A stretch of 53,902 nucleotides of DNA. It comes from Candidatus Nanopelagicus sp. (GTDB lineage Bacteria > Actinomycetota > Actinomycetes > Nanopelagicales > Nanopelagicaceae). The notes below the pieces were generated by a model. That model was not told the DNA's origin. It searched no databases and saw only the letters and a list, made by a program, of their open reading frames with translations. A program made the translations under genes and the position numbers. Location: assembly GCA_035441405.1 (NCBI GenBank), contig DAOROF010000001.1, forward strand, positions 5,464-59,365. Reading direction: 5' to 3'. This document shows positions 29,436 to 39,247 of this stretch, in pieces; position 1 is the stretch's first letter, and each line of letters starts with the position of its first letter.

Positions 29436-30062
29436 ATGTCTAAGTTGGTTTTAGCATCAAAAAATACTGGCAAGATCGCAGAGTTGGAAAGATTACTTAG
29501 TAATTTAGCTACTGATATAAAGATTCTAGGTCTAGCTGATTTTCCAGATCTACCTGAGGTAGTTGAAAGTGGAAACAGCCTAAGTGAAAACGCTTGGCTA
29601 AAGGCTAGGCAAATATCAGATTTTACAAACCTACCTGCCTTAGCAGATGACAGTGGATTATTTATTGACGCACTAAATGGTGATCCTGGAATTTACTCAG
29701 CCAGATACGCTGGCTATAGCGGATCTGATGCCAAGATGAGGGATAAATTAAATATTGAGAAAGTCTTAACCCAATTAGCTAATACACCAGTTGGCAGTCG
29801 GGGAGCACAATTTAAAACGGTGGTCGCCTTTTACCAACCAGCTGCCGGCGGTCATAACGTCGAGCACCAGATGCTAGGTGAGTTAAAGGGTGAAATTACT
29901 CAACAATCACATGGTGATAATGGCTTTGGTTATGACCCGATCTTTTTGCCAGAAGGTTTTGATAAAACTTTGGCGCAACTATCTCCTGCGGTAAAAGATG
30001 AAATTAGCCATCGCGGGCGGGCATTACGGGCAATCGCACCGCTTCTGCTTGAACTACTCTAA
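29436..30062 (+). CDS. rdgB: Non-canonical purine NTP pyrophosphatase (Ham1 family)
   Basis: ASKN.GK..E, ADDSGL, PGIYSARYA, GFGYDPIF, SHRGRA. Confidence 0.95.
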   Translation: MSKLVLASKNTGKIAELERLLSNLATDIKILGLADFPDLPEVVESGNSLSENAWLKARQISDFTNLPALADDSGLFIDALNGDPGIYSARYAGYSGSDAKMRDKLNIEKVLTQLANTPVGSRGAQFKTVVAFYQPAAGGHNVEHQMLGELKGEITQQSHGDNGFGYDPIFLPEGFDKTLAQLSPAVKDEISHRGRALRAIAPLLLELL

Positions 30063-30181
30063 TTTCATTCGAATAAATCACGCATTTGGTGTTGTATCCT
30101 TATCTCATCCTTCCCTAGGAATACCTTCATCTAAATAAGGTTAGTGAACTTAACTAGCGTAAATAACTAAAGGAGTTTTAA

Positions 30182-30925
30182 GTGGCAGCAAAGAAGAAAG
30201 CAGCTAAGAAAGCATCTGCAAAACGCAGTGTTAAGAAGAGTGTTAAAAAATCTTCAGCCAAGAAGAGTGTAAAAAAATCTTCAGCAAAGAAGAGTGTAAA
30301 AAAGAGTGCAAAGCGATCAGCCCGCTCATCTACTCGGTACTCAATTCCTGCCGTGCCAGTTAGTGGATCATCACGATCTTCCATTTCTTCAATCTCATCA
30401 ACTCCTAAGCAAGTTGCTGCCACCCCAAGAGCATCCTCAGTAAGCACAAATAGTGGCTCAGGATCCTCTAAGGCTGTTGTGATCGCAGTAGTAGTTGGTA
30501 TTTTAATTTTGGCAGTTGCAGTTATCTCTCAAAATTCATCCTCTGAGTCAACAACTGTTACACCAACACCAGTGGCTTCAGAAAGTAATACACCAACTGA
30601 ACAGCCAACAACTGAACCAGGTGAAACTCCAATTACAGCTTATGAAGCTCCAGTAGGCATTGTTTCAATTTATAACGAAACTGGCGCCATGGTAAATTGG
30701 AAAGCACCAGCAGCATCTGCTGGTATTACTGGCTACAACGTTGAATTACGCGATAACGGCGTAGGCGATTGGCGCTTGGTAGCAACTGTGCCAGCGAGCG
30801 AGTTCAAGCAACAAATTACTAAGAACGATACATCTGGTTGGGTGCAGGTTAAAGTCTCAACAGTTTATGCAGATGGTGAAATTGTAGAAGGTAAGATTCA
30901 CGGTTTGCCAGGTAGCTGGTCTTAA
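30182..30925 (+). CDS. Hypothetical single-pass membrane protein: Lys/Ser/Ala-rich histone-like N-terminus, TM helix, Thr/Pro linker, fibronectin-III-like domain
   Basis: AAGGAG SD plus GTG; KKSVKKSSA repeats; VVIAVVVGILILAVAVI helix; VNWKAP....ITGYNVE...W FN3 pattern; own terminator. Confidence 0.75.
   Translation: MAAKKKAAKKASAKRSVKKSVKKSSAKKSVKKSSAKKSVKKSAKRSARSSTRYSIPAVPVSGSSRSSISSISSTPKQVAATPRASSVSTNSGSGSSKAVVIAVVVGILILAVAVISQNSSSESTTVTPTPVASESNTPTEQPTTEPGETPITAYEAPVGIVSIYNETGAMVNWKAPAASAGITGYNVELRDNGVGDWRLVATVPASEFKQQITKNDTSGWVQVKVSTVYADGEIVEGKIHGLPGSWS
30233..30310 (+). repeat. In-frame 27-bp tandem repeat (about 3 copies, KKSVKKSSA)
   Basis: AAGAAGAGTGTTAAAAAATCTTCAGCC / AAGAAGAGTGTAAAAAAATCTTCAGCA / AAGAAGAGTGTAAAAAAGAGTGCA. 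Confidence 0.85.
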
Positions 30926-30942
30926 ACCGTAACAAGTAATTT

Positions 30943-30976
30943 AAATAGCCCCTGAGAAATCAGGGGCTATTTTTTT
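30943..30976 (+). terminator. Intrinsic terminator (probably bidirectional)
   Basis: AAATAGCCCCTGA-GAAA-TCAGGGGCTATTT followed by further Ts, between convergent genes. Confidence 0.88.
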
Positions 30977-30981
30977 ACAAA

Positions 30982-32748
30982 TTATTTAATTAATGCACTC
31001 AATACTAAATCTACATAAACATCTGAACCTAATGGACTTAAATGAATGCCATCTGGTGCAAATAACTCTGGACGATCTTTCGAAATTCGATCCCAATCAA
31101 TTAAGGTTACTTTTGAATAAAGGGATGAAACTTTAGAAATAATCAAATTATTTTGCTCTCGCCAAGGTCTTGGAACGGCAGTGTTCACCACAATAATTTG
31201 GGGTTGGTTTTTAACAACCTCAAAAATATCAATCACTGTTTGTTCAGAAAGAGCATTGTTATTTCCTAGATTAAAGATAACTGGTGATTCTGGCACTGCA
31301 ACTTGATCTACTCGAAGTGCTGCCAGTAATTCAGGAGCTTGTCGGCCGACTCGGGCATTGACCAATGAGACATGTTCTTTACTCTCTAATTTACTTCTAA
31401 TTCCCAAAATTACGCTATCGCCAGTTACCCAAAGTCCAGTTGTGTCAGCGAGATCTTTCTGTTCAAAATTCTGATCATCTCCACCTTGGGCTATATCGGT
31501 AGCAATCTGCTCTCCCTTATTAATAGCCTGTATTGAAATAGATGATGTAATGCCAAGCACAACTATTACTGAAGCCACAATAGATATTTGCTGGCGAAGT
31601 TTTACTTTAGCTGAGCGATACTTCATTCCTCTAAACCAGTTTTGAACTACTCCTTGGCGAAATGGAATCTCTACCCAACGAAGTGAGATATCAGCTAGCG
31701 CTAGTACTAGTAAGACTCTGGCTAAATAAAGCGCCCAGGTTTCACCAGTTAAATCAACACTGGGACGGGTGACTTGGAAAATAACCCAGTGCCATATGTA
31801 TATTCCATAACTTCTCTGCCCTACCCAGCGAAAGGGGGCACTACTAATAATTGGGGCAAATCTTGATGCTGGGTGAACTAAGGAGATAATTACCAAGCAC
31901 CCAAATACTCCAGCTAATGGAAAGGCGATTTGATAAAGGCTGGCATTGTTTGCATCAATAAATAAAAATGTGGCAACTAAACCCAATAAACCAGCTACGC
32001 CAATTCCATCAATTACATCTTGAGCTCTTTTTTCTATATCTGCACTTAGATTTTGTGGAATCCAAGAGACAGCAAGTGCTGATCCTAGGAATAAGCCAAT
32101 CGAATGAGTATCTGTACCGAAATAAATATGGCTAACTTGCTGAGCATTTGATTGATCTAATTGGAAAGACACAAAAAATAAGGCAACACCAGAAACCATG
32201 GCAATGACTAATGCCGAACGAGCAATATGCCTTTTGCCAAAATACTTTAAAACTGTAAGCAAAATGATGGGCCAAATTAAGTAGTATTGCAATTCAACAG
32301 CAAGTGACCAAGTATGTTGAAGCAGTGGTGGTCTGCCTATAGTTTCAAAGTAATCTTGCTGTCTGGCAACTAGCGACCAGTTCATCGTGCCAGTTAATAC
32401 ATAGGGTAGATCAGTCAAAAATCTCTTTATTGCCTCCGGTGCCCAAACACCAATAAAGATAATGGTGGAGATAATCATGAATAATAAACCTGGGTAAATT
32501 CTTCTTAATCGTGCAGCATAAAATGCACGTAGATCTAATGCGCTTGATTGATTTATTGAGTCCAGTATTAAACGAGTAATGACATATCCAGAGATGACAA
32601 AAAATAAATCAACTCCTAGAAATCCACCTGGAATCCAAGAGATACCTAAGTGATAGAGCACCACTGCAGTAACTGCAATTGCTCTTAGGCCATCAATAGA
32701 GGAGATATGGCGAATACCTATTTTGCCAGTTGTATTTTTTGAACTCAT
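30982..32748 (-). CDS. OatA-like O-acyltransferase (acyltransferase-3 plus SGNH domain)
   Basis: IDGLRAIAV.AV..YH, GGFLGVD.FFVISGY, HTWSLAVE.Q.Y, SYGIYIWHW; C-terminal GDS and DGIH catalytic motifs. Confidence 0.88.
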   Translation of the reverse strand: MSSKNTTGKIGIRHISSIDGLRAIAVTAVVLYHLGISWIPGGFLGVDLFFVISGYVITRLILDSINQSSALDLRAFYAARLRRIYPGLLFMIISTIIFIGVWAPEAIKRFLTDLPYVLTGTMNWSLVARQQDYFETIGRPPLLQHTWSLAVELQYYLIWPIILLTVLKYFGKRHIARSALVIAMVSGVALFFVSFQLDQSNAQQVSHIYFGTDTHSIGLFLGSALAVSWIPQNLSADIEKRAQDVIDGIGVAGLLGLVATFLFIDANNASLYQIAFPLAGVFGCLVIISLVHPASRFAPIISSAPFRWVGQRSYGIYIWHWVIFQVTRPSVDLTGETWALYLARVLLVLALADISLRWVEIPFRQGVVQNWFRGMKYRSAKVKLRQQISIVASVIVVLGITSSISIQAINKGEQIATDIAQGGDDQNFEQKDLADTTGLWVTGDSVILGIRSKLESKEHVSLVNARVGRQAPELLAALRVDQVAVPESPVIFNLGNNNALSEQTVIDIFEVVKNQPQIIVVNTAVPRPWREQNNLIISKVSSLYSKVTLIDWDRISKDRPELFAPDGIHLSPLGSDVYVDLVLSALIK

Positions 32749-32790
32749 AAAAATATCACCTAGATGAAGTTATTAACTTCAAACTTTAGG

Positions 32791-33582
32791 TTACTTCTTT
32801 TTCTGTTTTTTACTATTAGCTGTTTTTTGTTTTCTAGCTGCAGCAATTGCTGCTTTTTTGCCGGCACCCGGTACATATGTTTTTCCAGCAGGTCTATTTT
32901 GGCCATCTAGATTTGCATTAATATCCATTTGCAATTGTGAAAGTCGATCAAAGGCGTGCTTTAGTTTTTGTCTTGACTCTTGAATTGCATGTTCTGCGGC
33001 ATTTAGGGATGCATTCTGTGCTCTATGTAATCTTTCAGCCTCAGAGATTGCAGAAGATAACCAAGAGCGATAATCGATAATATTCTTTGACGCATCTTCA
33101 ATCAACTTTTGAGCATCTCGTCTTGCTGCTGTAGTCATATGAGCAGCCTCACGAGCTGATTTATTTAATATCTCGTCAGCTTTACCTTCGGCATTAATAA
33201 TAAGTTCAGCTGCATCATCTTCGGCTGCTGATATGTATTTACGACCTCGGGATTCAGCAGATGAAAGAATGCTTTTGGCTTTAGATTCAGCACTATCTAA
33301 TTTTTCTTTGGCTGCTCTGTTTGTTTCATTTACTATCCTAGATACCGCTGCGTTGGCCTTAGCTTCACGTTGTTGAGCAGATTTAATAATGCTCATTGCA
33401 GTTTCGGTAGCTAATATTTCAAACTCTTCACGGCTTAATCCGGTTATATCTCGTCTAGAGCGAAGATCATTTAACTGACTTTCCAGCTCACGAATTCTCT
33501 CTAACGCATTTTGTGATGGCGCAGGCTTGCTATCATCCTCGCCCTTAAATCCAACCCATGATAAGAAATTTTTATCTGCCAT
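32791..33582 (-). CDS. Hypothetical coiled-coil protein (DivIVA/Scy-like character)
   Basis: Ala/Glu/Lys-rich helical repeats (AESKAKSIL..AESRG, AEGKADEIL); start reassigned to ATG 33582 because the longer ORF overlaps the tRNA. Confidence 0.65.
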   Translation of the reverse strand: MADKNFLSWVGFKGEDDSKPAPSQNALERIRELESQLNDLRSRRDITGLSREEFEILATETAMSIIKSAQQREAKANAAVSRIVNETNRAAKEKLDSAESKAKSILSSAESRGRKYISAAEDDAAELIINAEGKADEILNKSAREAAHMTTAARRDAQKLIEDASKNIIDYRSWLSSAISEAERLHRAQNASLNAAEHAIQESRQKLKHAFDRLSQLQMDINANLDGQNRPAGKTYVPGAGKKAAIAAARKQKTANSKKQKKK

Positions 33583-33618
33583 GCCTCTAGCCTTCCTTAC
33601 AAAATTATTAAATACAAC

Positions 33619-33700
33619 TGGTGCGGGAGGTGGGACTTGAACCCACACGCCGAAGCACAGGTTCCTAAGACCTGCGTGTCTGCCATTTCACCACTCCCGC
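33619..33700 (-). tRNA. tRNA-Leu (anticodon TAG)
   Basis: Reverse complement GCGGGAG...CAGGT-CTTAGGA-ACCTG, long variable arm GCTTCGGC, GGTTCAAGTCC, CTCCCGC-A-CCA. Confidence 0.97.
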
Positions 33701-33797
33701 ATTGCTAAGTAAGTGAGGGGCAAAGATTACGGCTTAAATAGCGGCATCACCAAAACTCAGCGACCTTTAGCAAGCTCAAGCGGGTAACCTTGCTCAA

Positions 33798-35483
33798 ATG
33801 AGTGCAGATTCAGTGCAAAGTGAGGTTGCTGCGGCAATCCATAAAGCGCTGGAAATTGCCAAAAAATCCAACTTACTTCAGTGCCAGATTCCTGCTCAAA
33901 TAATTTTAGAGCGACCAAAAAATCGCGACCATGGAGATTATGCAACCTCAATTGCATTAACGCTAGCAAAACAGGCAAATTTGCAGCCGAGGGTGATTGC
34001 GCAGGTGATTATCGATTCTATGAACAGTAATAATTTATTAACCCCGGCAGGCATAAGCAAGACTGAAATTGCTGGGCCTGGATTTATAAATATAACTTTG
34101 GCGACCGCCAGCCAGGCTGCAATTATTCCTAAAATTATTTCTGCTGGAAAAGAGTATGGCTCTAGTAATTTGCTAGTTGGAAAAAAGATAAATCTAGAGT
34201 TTGTAAGTGCAAACCCAACTGGGCCACTTCATTTAGGACATACTCGTTGGGCAGCTGTTGGTGATTCATTAGGCAGAGTTTTAAGTGCAGCTGGCGCTGA
34301 AGTTACACGTGAGTTTTACGTTAATGATCGCGGAAATCAAATGGATTTATTTGGCGCCTCAATTAGGGCAGCGGCATTAAATCAACCACGACCTGAAGCT
34401 GGTTATCACGGTGAATATATAGAAGATCTTGCAAACCAAATACAAAAAAGTAATCCCGACTTAATTAGCTTACCAGAGAGTGAATCGATAGCTGCTTTTC
34501 GCGATGCTGGCTACAAACTTCAATTAGCTCAACAAAATAAAGTTTTAGATAATTTTGGAACCCATTTTGATGTTTGGTTTTCAGAAAAAGCGTTATATGA
34601 GAATAATTTCTTTGATCATTCATTGAATAAATTAAAGGCGCAAGGGCATGTATATGAGTTAGAGGGTGCTATCTGGCTCAGAACTACAGACTTTGGTGAT
34701 GATAAAGATCGAGTAATGATTAAATCAGATGGTTCATTTGCATACTTTGCATCAGATTCTGCTTACTATGTGAGTAAAAGAGAGCGCGGATTCAATCTTT
34801 GTATTTATATGTTGGGGGCTGATCACCATGGATATGTCGGAAGAATTAAGGCGATAGCAGCATGTGCTGGTGATGATAAAGATAAAGATGTAGAAATATT
34901 GATTGGCCAGATGGTAAAAATTATTGAAGGTGGCGAAGAAATAAAACTTTCTAAGCGAGCTGGCACAATTATTACTTTAGAAGAGTTAGTAGAAAAAGTA
35001 GGCAAAGATGCTGCCAGATACACTCTAATTAGATTTCCTACTGATACGCCAATGGTTATGGATGTTGATTTACTACGAAAGAATACAAATGAAAATCCTG
35101 TCTATTATGTGCAATACGCACATGCTCGAATTTGCGCTGTTCTTAGAAATGCTAAAGATTATGGAATTCATTATGGAATCAAAAGTTTTAATCCAGAGCT
35201 ATTAGTTCATGAGCGTGAACGAGAATTAATCGGACTATTGGCAGAGTTTCCAAGAGTGGTCTCAGCTGCTGCACAAGCAAGAGAGCCACATCGAGTTGCT
35301 AGATATATTGAAGATTTAGCAAGTCAGTACCATCGCTTTTATAACGATTGTCGAGTACTGCCATTAGGGGATGAAAAACCGACTGAATTAAACTCTGCCA
35401 GAGCCACTCTCTGCCTTGCTACCGCACAAGTTATTAGTAATGGTTTAGATTTACTTGGTGTTAGTGCTCCGGAGAAGATGTGA
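33798..35483 (+). CDS. argS: Arginine--tRNA ligase
   Basis: HGDYAT, EFVSANPTGPLHLGH, GADHHGY, LSKRAG, NPVYYVQYAHAR, LLGVSAPEKM. Confidence 0.97.
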   Translation: MSADSVQSEVAAAIHKALEIAKKSNLLQCQIPAQIILERPKNRDHGDYATSIALTLAKQANLQPRVIAQVIIDSMNSNNLLTPAGISKTEIAGPGFINITLATASQAAIIPKIISAGKEYGSSNLLVGKKINLEFVSANPTGPLHLGHTRWAAVGDSLGRVLSAAGAEVTREFYVNDRGNQMDLFGASIRAAALNQPRPEAGYHGEYIEDLANQIQKSNPDLISLPESESIAAFRDAGYKLQLAQQNKVLDNFGTHFDVWFSEKALYENNFFDHSLNKLKAQGHVYELEGAIWLRTTDFGDDKDRVMIKSDGSFAYFASDSAYYVSKRERGFNLCIYMLGADHHGYVGRIKAIAACAGDDKDKDVEILIGQMVKIIEGGEEIKLSKRAGTIITLEELVEKVGKDAARYTLIRFPTDTPMVMDVDLLRKNTNENPVYYVQYAHARICAVLRNAKDYGIHYGIKSFNPELLVHERERELIGLLAEFPRVVSAAAQAREPHRVARYIEDLASQYHRFYNDCRVLPLGDEKPTELNSARATLCLATAQVISNGLDLLGVSAPEKM

Positions 35484-36853
35484 TGAAAAGTAGTAATTAC
35501 CCAACCTCATTATTCTCAAGCAATTTACTATTTGCTAAGGAGAATGAATTTGGCGGTGATCTTTCGATCGCCGGCTGCAGCGCCCAAAAACTAGTCAAAG
35601 AGTTTGGTTCACCTACTTTTGTAATTGATCAGGATGATTTTTACTTACGGACTAAAGCTTGGCAGGCAGCTTTAGACTCAGAGTTTGAAGATTGCCAGCT
35701 TTACTATGCGGCAAAGTCTTTTATAAGTATTGAAGTTGCTAAATGGCTTAAAGAATTAAATGTCGGTATTGATGTTTGCAGTGCAGGTGAATTACAAGTG
35801 GCTTTGGCTGCGAAATTTCCACCTGCAGCGATTGAATTTCATGGAAATAATAAATCAGAGGATGAGATTAAGTTAGCTATTACATCAGGTGTGGGCACAA
35901 TAGTTATCGACTCGTTTGACGAGATCACAAGAGTCTCATCGATTGCGCAAGGTCTAGGTAAGGTTCAAAAGATCTATTTAAGGCTTACTCCTGGTGTAGA
36001 TGCACATACTCATGAGTTTATTTCTACTGCACATGAAGATGTAAAATTTGGATTTTCAATAGCTTCTGGAAGTGCCAGTGAAGCAATTGAGCGGTGCATG
36101 TCAGAAAAATCTTTAAACTTAGCGGGAATCCACTCTCACATTGGTTCTCAAATTTTTGAGATTGATGGGTTTTCATTAGCGGCTAAACGATTAATCGAAG
36201 TACTAGTTACATTTAAAGCCAAGTATGGAAAAGAGCTTGCTGAATTAAACATTGGTGGCGGATTTGGAATTGCTTATACTAAATCTGAAACTGCGATTGC
36301 ACCTGATTATGTAATTCCTGCGATTGCGACAGTGATTAAGACAGAGTGCAAAAAAGCTAGGATCTCTATTCCAAAGATTTCAATCGAGCCAGGCCGGGCA
36401 ATTGTGGGTCCAACCACAACAACAATTTATACCGTTGGGACAAGTAAGAATGTAGTTTTAGATGATGGTTCAATTCGTCGATACATTTCGGTTGATGGTG
36501 GCATGAGTGAGAACATTCGACCTGCCTTGTATGGTGCAAAATACTCGGTATTTTTAGCAGATAGAGTTTCAAGTGCAAAACCAGTCAAAAGCAGATTAGT
36601 TGGAAAGCATTGTGAAACTGGAGACATTTTAATTTTAGATATTGACTTACCTGAAGATGTAAAGGCAGGTGACTTACTTGCTATGCCAGCAACCGGAGCT
36701 TATGGCCGGAGCATGGCAAGCAACTACAACCACATGCCACGTCCAGCAGTAGTTTCAGTGCAAAAAGGCAGCGCCAAATTGATTGTGCGCAGGGAAAATG
36801 AGCAAGATTTGCTTAATCTGGATGTAGATCAAGCGCCACGGCAACTGTCATAA
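35480..36853 (+). CDS. lysA: Diaminopimelate decarboxylase
   Basis: YAAK PLP lysine, HSHIGSQI, GGGFG, EPGRAI, HCETGD, GAYG..M.SNYN. Confidence 0.95.
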   Translation: MMKSSNYPTSLFSSNLLFAKENEFGGDLSIAGCSAQKLVKEFGSPTFVIDQDDFYLRTKAWQAALDSEFEDCQLYYAAKSFISIEVAKWLKELNVGIDVCSAGELQVALAAKFPPAAIEFHGNNKSEDEIKLAITSGVGTIVIDSFDEITRVSSIAQGLGKVQKIYLRLTPGVDAHTHEFISTAHEDVKFGFSIASGSASEAIERCMSEKSLNLAGIHSHIGSQIFEIDGFSLAAKRLIEVLVTFKAKYGKELAELNIGGGFGIAYTKSETAIAPDYVIPAIATVIKTECKKARISIPKISIEPGRAIVGPTTTTIYTVGTSKNVVLDDGSIRRYISVDGGMSENIRPALYGAKYSVFLADRVSSAKPVKSRLVGKHCETGDILILDIDLPEDVKAGDLLAMPATGAYGRSMASNYNHMPRPAVVSVQKGSAKLIVRRENEQDLLNLDVDQAPRQLS

Positions 36854-36872
36854 GTTTGAGATACTTACTTCC

Positions 36873-38156
36873 ATGAAAACACTGAAAGTAGGGATGCTGG
36901 GCTGTGGCGTTGTTGGGCTACAAATCGCTCGACTACTTGTTAGCAATAAGGCAGACCTATCTTCTAGAGCTGGGGCAAATTTAGAACTAGTTAAAATTGC
37001 AGTTAGAGATATCAAAACAAAGCGTGAGGGTGTGTCAGTAAATTTATTTACTACCGATTCAAATTCAGTTGTTTCTGACCCAGATATAGATTTAATAATT
37101 GAAGTAATCGGCGGGATCGATCCAGCAAAAGATTTGATTCTTACTGCAATTAAAAATGGAAAATCAGTTGTGACTGCAAATAAGGCCTTGCTAGCTAAAC
37201 ATGGGGCCACTTTGTATGCGGCTGCTGATAAAGCGAATGTGGATTTATATTATGAAGCAGCAGTTGCTGGCGCAATTCCAATTCTTCGTCCATTACGAGA
37301 ATCACTTGTCGGAGATCATGTTTTGAGAGTTATGGGCATTGTTAATGGCACAACTAACTACATCCTGACAAAAATGGATGAAAACGGCACAGCATTTGCA
37401 GATGCGCTAAAGCAAGCACAAGATCTTGGTTTCGCCGAATCTGATCCAACTGCTGATGTTGAAGGCATTGATGCAGCTGCTAAGGCAGCTATTTTGGCTA
37501 GTCTTGCTTTCCACTCAAGAGTCACAGATGCAGATGTTTATCGCGAAGGAATTTCAAAAATAACTTCTGCTGATGTGAAGGTAGCTAAAGCTATTGATAT
37601 GGTAATTAAATTGTTAGCGATTGCAGAGTTAACTACTGATGGAAGTATTTCGGTTCGAGTGCATCCAGCTTTAATTTCAAGGGATCACCCACTTGCATCA
37701 GTTAGAGATTCATTTAATGCTGTCTTTGTTGAGGCGCAAGCTGCTGGCCAAATGATGTTTTATGGTCGAGGTGCTGGCGGTGAGCCAACTGCAAGTGCAG
37801 TGCTTGGTGATCTAGTAGCGGTTGCTCGGCATAGAGTTTCAGGTGGATTAGGTCCAAAAGAAAGTGATTACGCAGATCTTAAAATTGCACCGATCGGTGA
37901 GACCAAAACTCGGTATTTAATTAGATTAAATGTGGCAGATAAGCCTGGTGTACTTGAATCTGTAGCCCATGTTTTTGCCTCTCATCAAGTTTCTATTCAA
38001 ACTGTTCGGCAAACTGGAGCAGGAGATAAGGCTGAGTTAATTGTGATGACTCATAGCTCCACCGAATCCTCATTAAGTGCAACCGTGAAAGATCTTGGCA
38101 AGTTATCTGCCGTGACCGATGTCGCTAGCGTCTTGCGAGTTGAGGGAATTAACTAA
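36873..38156 (+). CDS. hom: Homoserine dehydrogenase with C-terminal ACT domain
   Basis: [50 protein letters not shown]. Confidence 0.96.
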   Translation: MKTLKVGMLGCGVVGLQIARLLVSNKADLSSRAGANLELVKIAVRDIKTKREGVSVNLFTTDSNSVVSDPDIDLIIEVIGGIDPAKDLILTAIKNGKSVVTANKALLAKHGATLYAAADKANVDLYYEAAVAGAIPILRPLRESLVGDHVLRVMGIVNGTTNYILTKMDENGTAFADALKQAQDLGFAESDPTADVEGIDAAAKAAILASLAFHSRVTDADVYREGISKITSADVKVAKAIDMVIKLLAIAELTTDGSISVRVHPALISRDHPLASVRDSFNAVFVEAQAAGQMMFYGRGAGGEPTASAVLGDLVAVARHRVSGGLGPKESDYADLKIAPIGETKTRYLIRLNVADKPGVLESVAHVFASHQVSIQTVRQTGAGDKAELIVMTHSSTESSLSATVKDLGKLSAVTDVASVLRVEGIN

Positions 38157-39247
38157 TGTCTATTGCTAATTTGTTTGGTAAAAAATCAGGTGCCCATCAA
38201 TGGCAAGGTGTGATTAACGAGTATAGAAAATGGTTACCAGTAACTGAACAAACACCAGTAATTACATTATGTGAAGGTGGGACGCCATTAGTTCATGCTG
38301 AGTATTTTTCTAAATTATTAGGTAATGAAGTCTGGTTAAAAGTTGAAGGAGCTAACCCAACTGGTTCTTTTAAAGATCGTGGTATGACAATGGCGATTTC
38401 AAAAGCGGCAGAGGATGGTGCAAAAGCAGTTATCTGTGCATCTACCGGTAACACAAGTGCAAGTGCTGCTGCTTATGCTACAAAAGCAGGAATGAAACCT
38501 GTGGTATTAGTTCCACAAGGAAAAATTGCAATGGGCAAGCTAGCTCAAGCTATTGCTCATGGCGCGGTGTTATTACAAGTTAAGGGCAACTTTGATGATT
38601 GTTTAACTCTGGCTAAAGAATTATCTGAAAATTATCCAGTATCACTAGTGAATTCAGTCAATCCTTTCCGAATTGAAGGACAGAAAACTGCAGCCTTTGA
38701 AGTGGTCGATATGTTAAAAACTGCGCCAGATATTCATGTCATGCCAGTTGGTAATGCTGGAAACATAACTGCTTATTGGAAGGGCTATCAAGAGTATAAA
38801 AAAGCTGGCATGGTAAGAAATTTACCTATGATGTGGGGATTTCAAGCAGCTGGTGCTGCTCCAATTGTTAAGAATAAAATTGTTAAAAATCCTGAAACTA
38901 TTGCAACTGCGATTCGAATTGGTAATCCAGCTTCTTGGGATCAAGCTGTGGCAGCACAAGTTGGCTCTAAAGGCTTAATCGATTCTGTTACTGACAAAGA
39001 GATTTTAAGTGCCTATCGATTAGTAGCAGCAAAAGAAGGAGTATTTATTGAACCTTCAAGTGCTGCAGGCCTTGCTGGTTTAATTAAAAAGAAAGAACAA
39101 AGAAAGCTACCAAAGGGACAAGTAATAGTTGTTACTGTCACTGGTAATGGATTAAAGGATGTGCAGTGGGTGTTAAATTCAGCCGGTAAACCGATTGTAA
39201 TTCCAGTTGATTTAAAACGAGCAGCAAAGGTAATTGGTCTTAAATAA
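38156..39247 (+). CDS. thrC: Threonine synthase
   Basis: [35 protein letters not shown]. Confidence 0.96.
   Translation: MSIANLFGKKSGAHQWQGVINEYRKWLPVTEQTPVITLCEGGTPLVHAEYFSKLLGNEVWLKVEGANPTGSFKDRGMTMAISKAAEDGAKAVICASTGNTSASAAAYATKAGMKPVVLVPQGKIAMGKLAQAIAHGAVLLQVKGNFDDCLTLAKELSENYPVSLVNSVNPFRIEGQKTAAFEVVDMLKTAPDIHVMPVGNAGNITAYWKGYQEYKKAGMVRNLPMMWGFQAAGAAPIVKNKIVKNPETIATAIRIGNPASWDQAVAAQVGSKGLIDSVTDKEILSAYRLVAAKEGVFIEPSSAAGLAGLIKKKEQRKLPKGQVIVVTVTGNGLKDVQWVLNSAGKPIVIPVDLKRAAKVIGLK

Noticed and set aside
30233-30310. Tandem repeats as a CRISPR array
   Set aside because: No spacers, in-frame coding repeats, no cas genes.
30063-33618. Region between rdgB and tRNA-Leu as a genomic island
   Set aside because: No mobility genes or att-like direct repeat found, and composition looks like the flanks by eye.
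33583-33648. N-terminal extension MWVQVPPPAP of the coiled-coil ORF
   Set aside because: It is a translation of the tRNA-Leu T-arm and acceptor stem.
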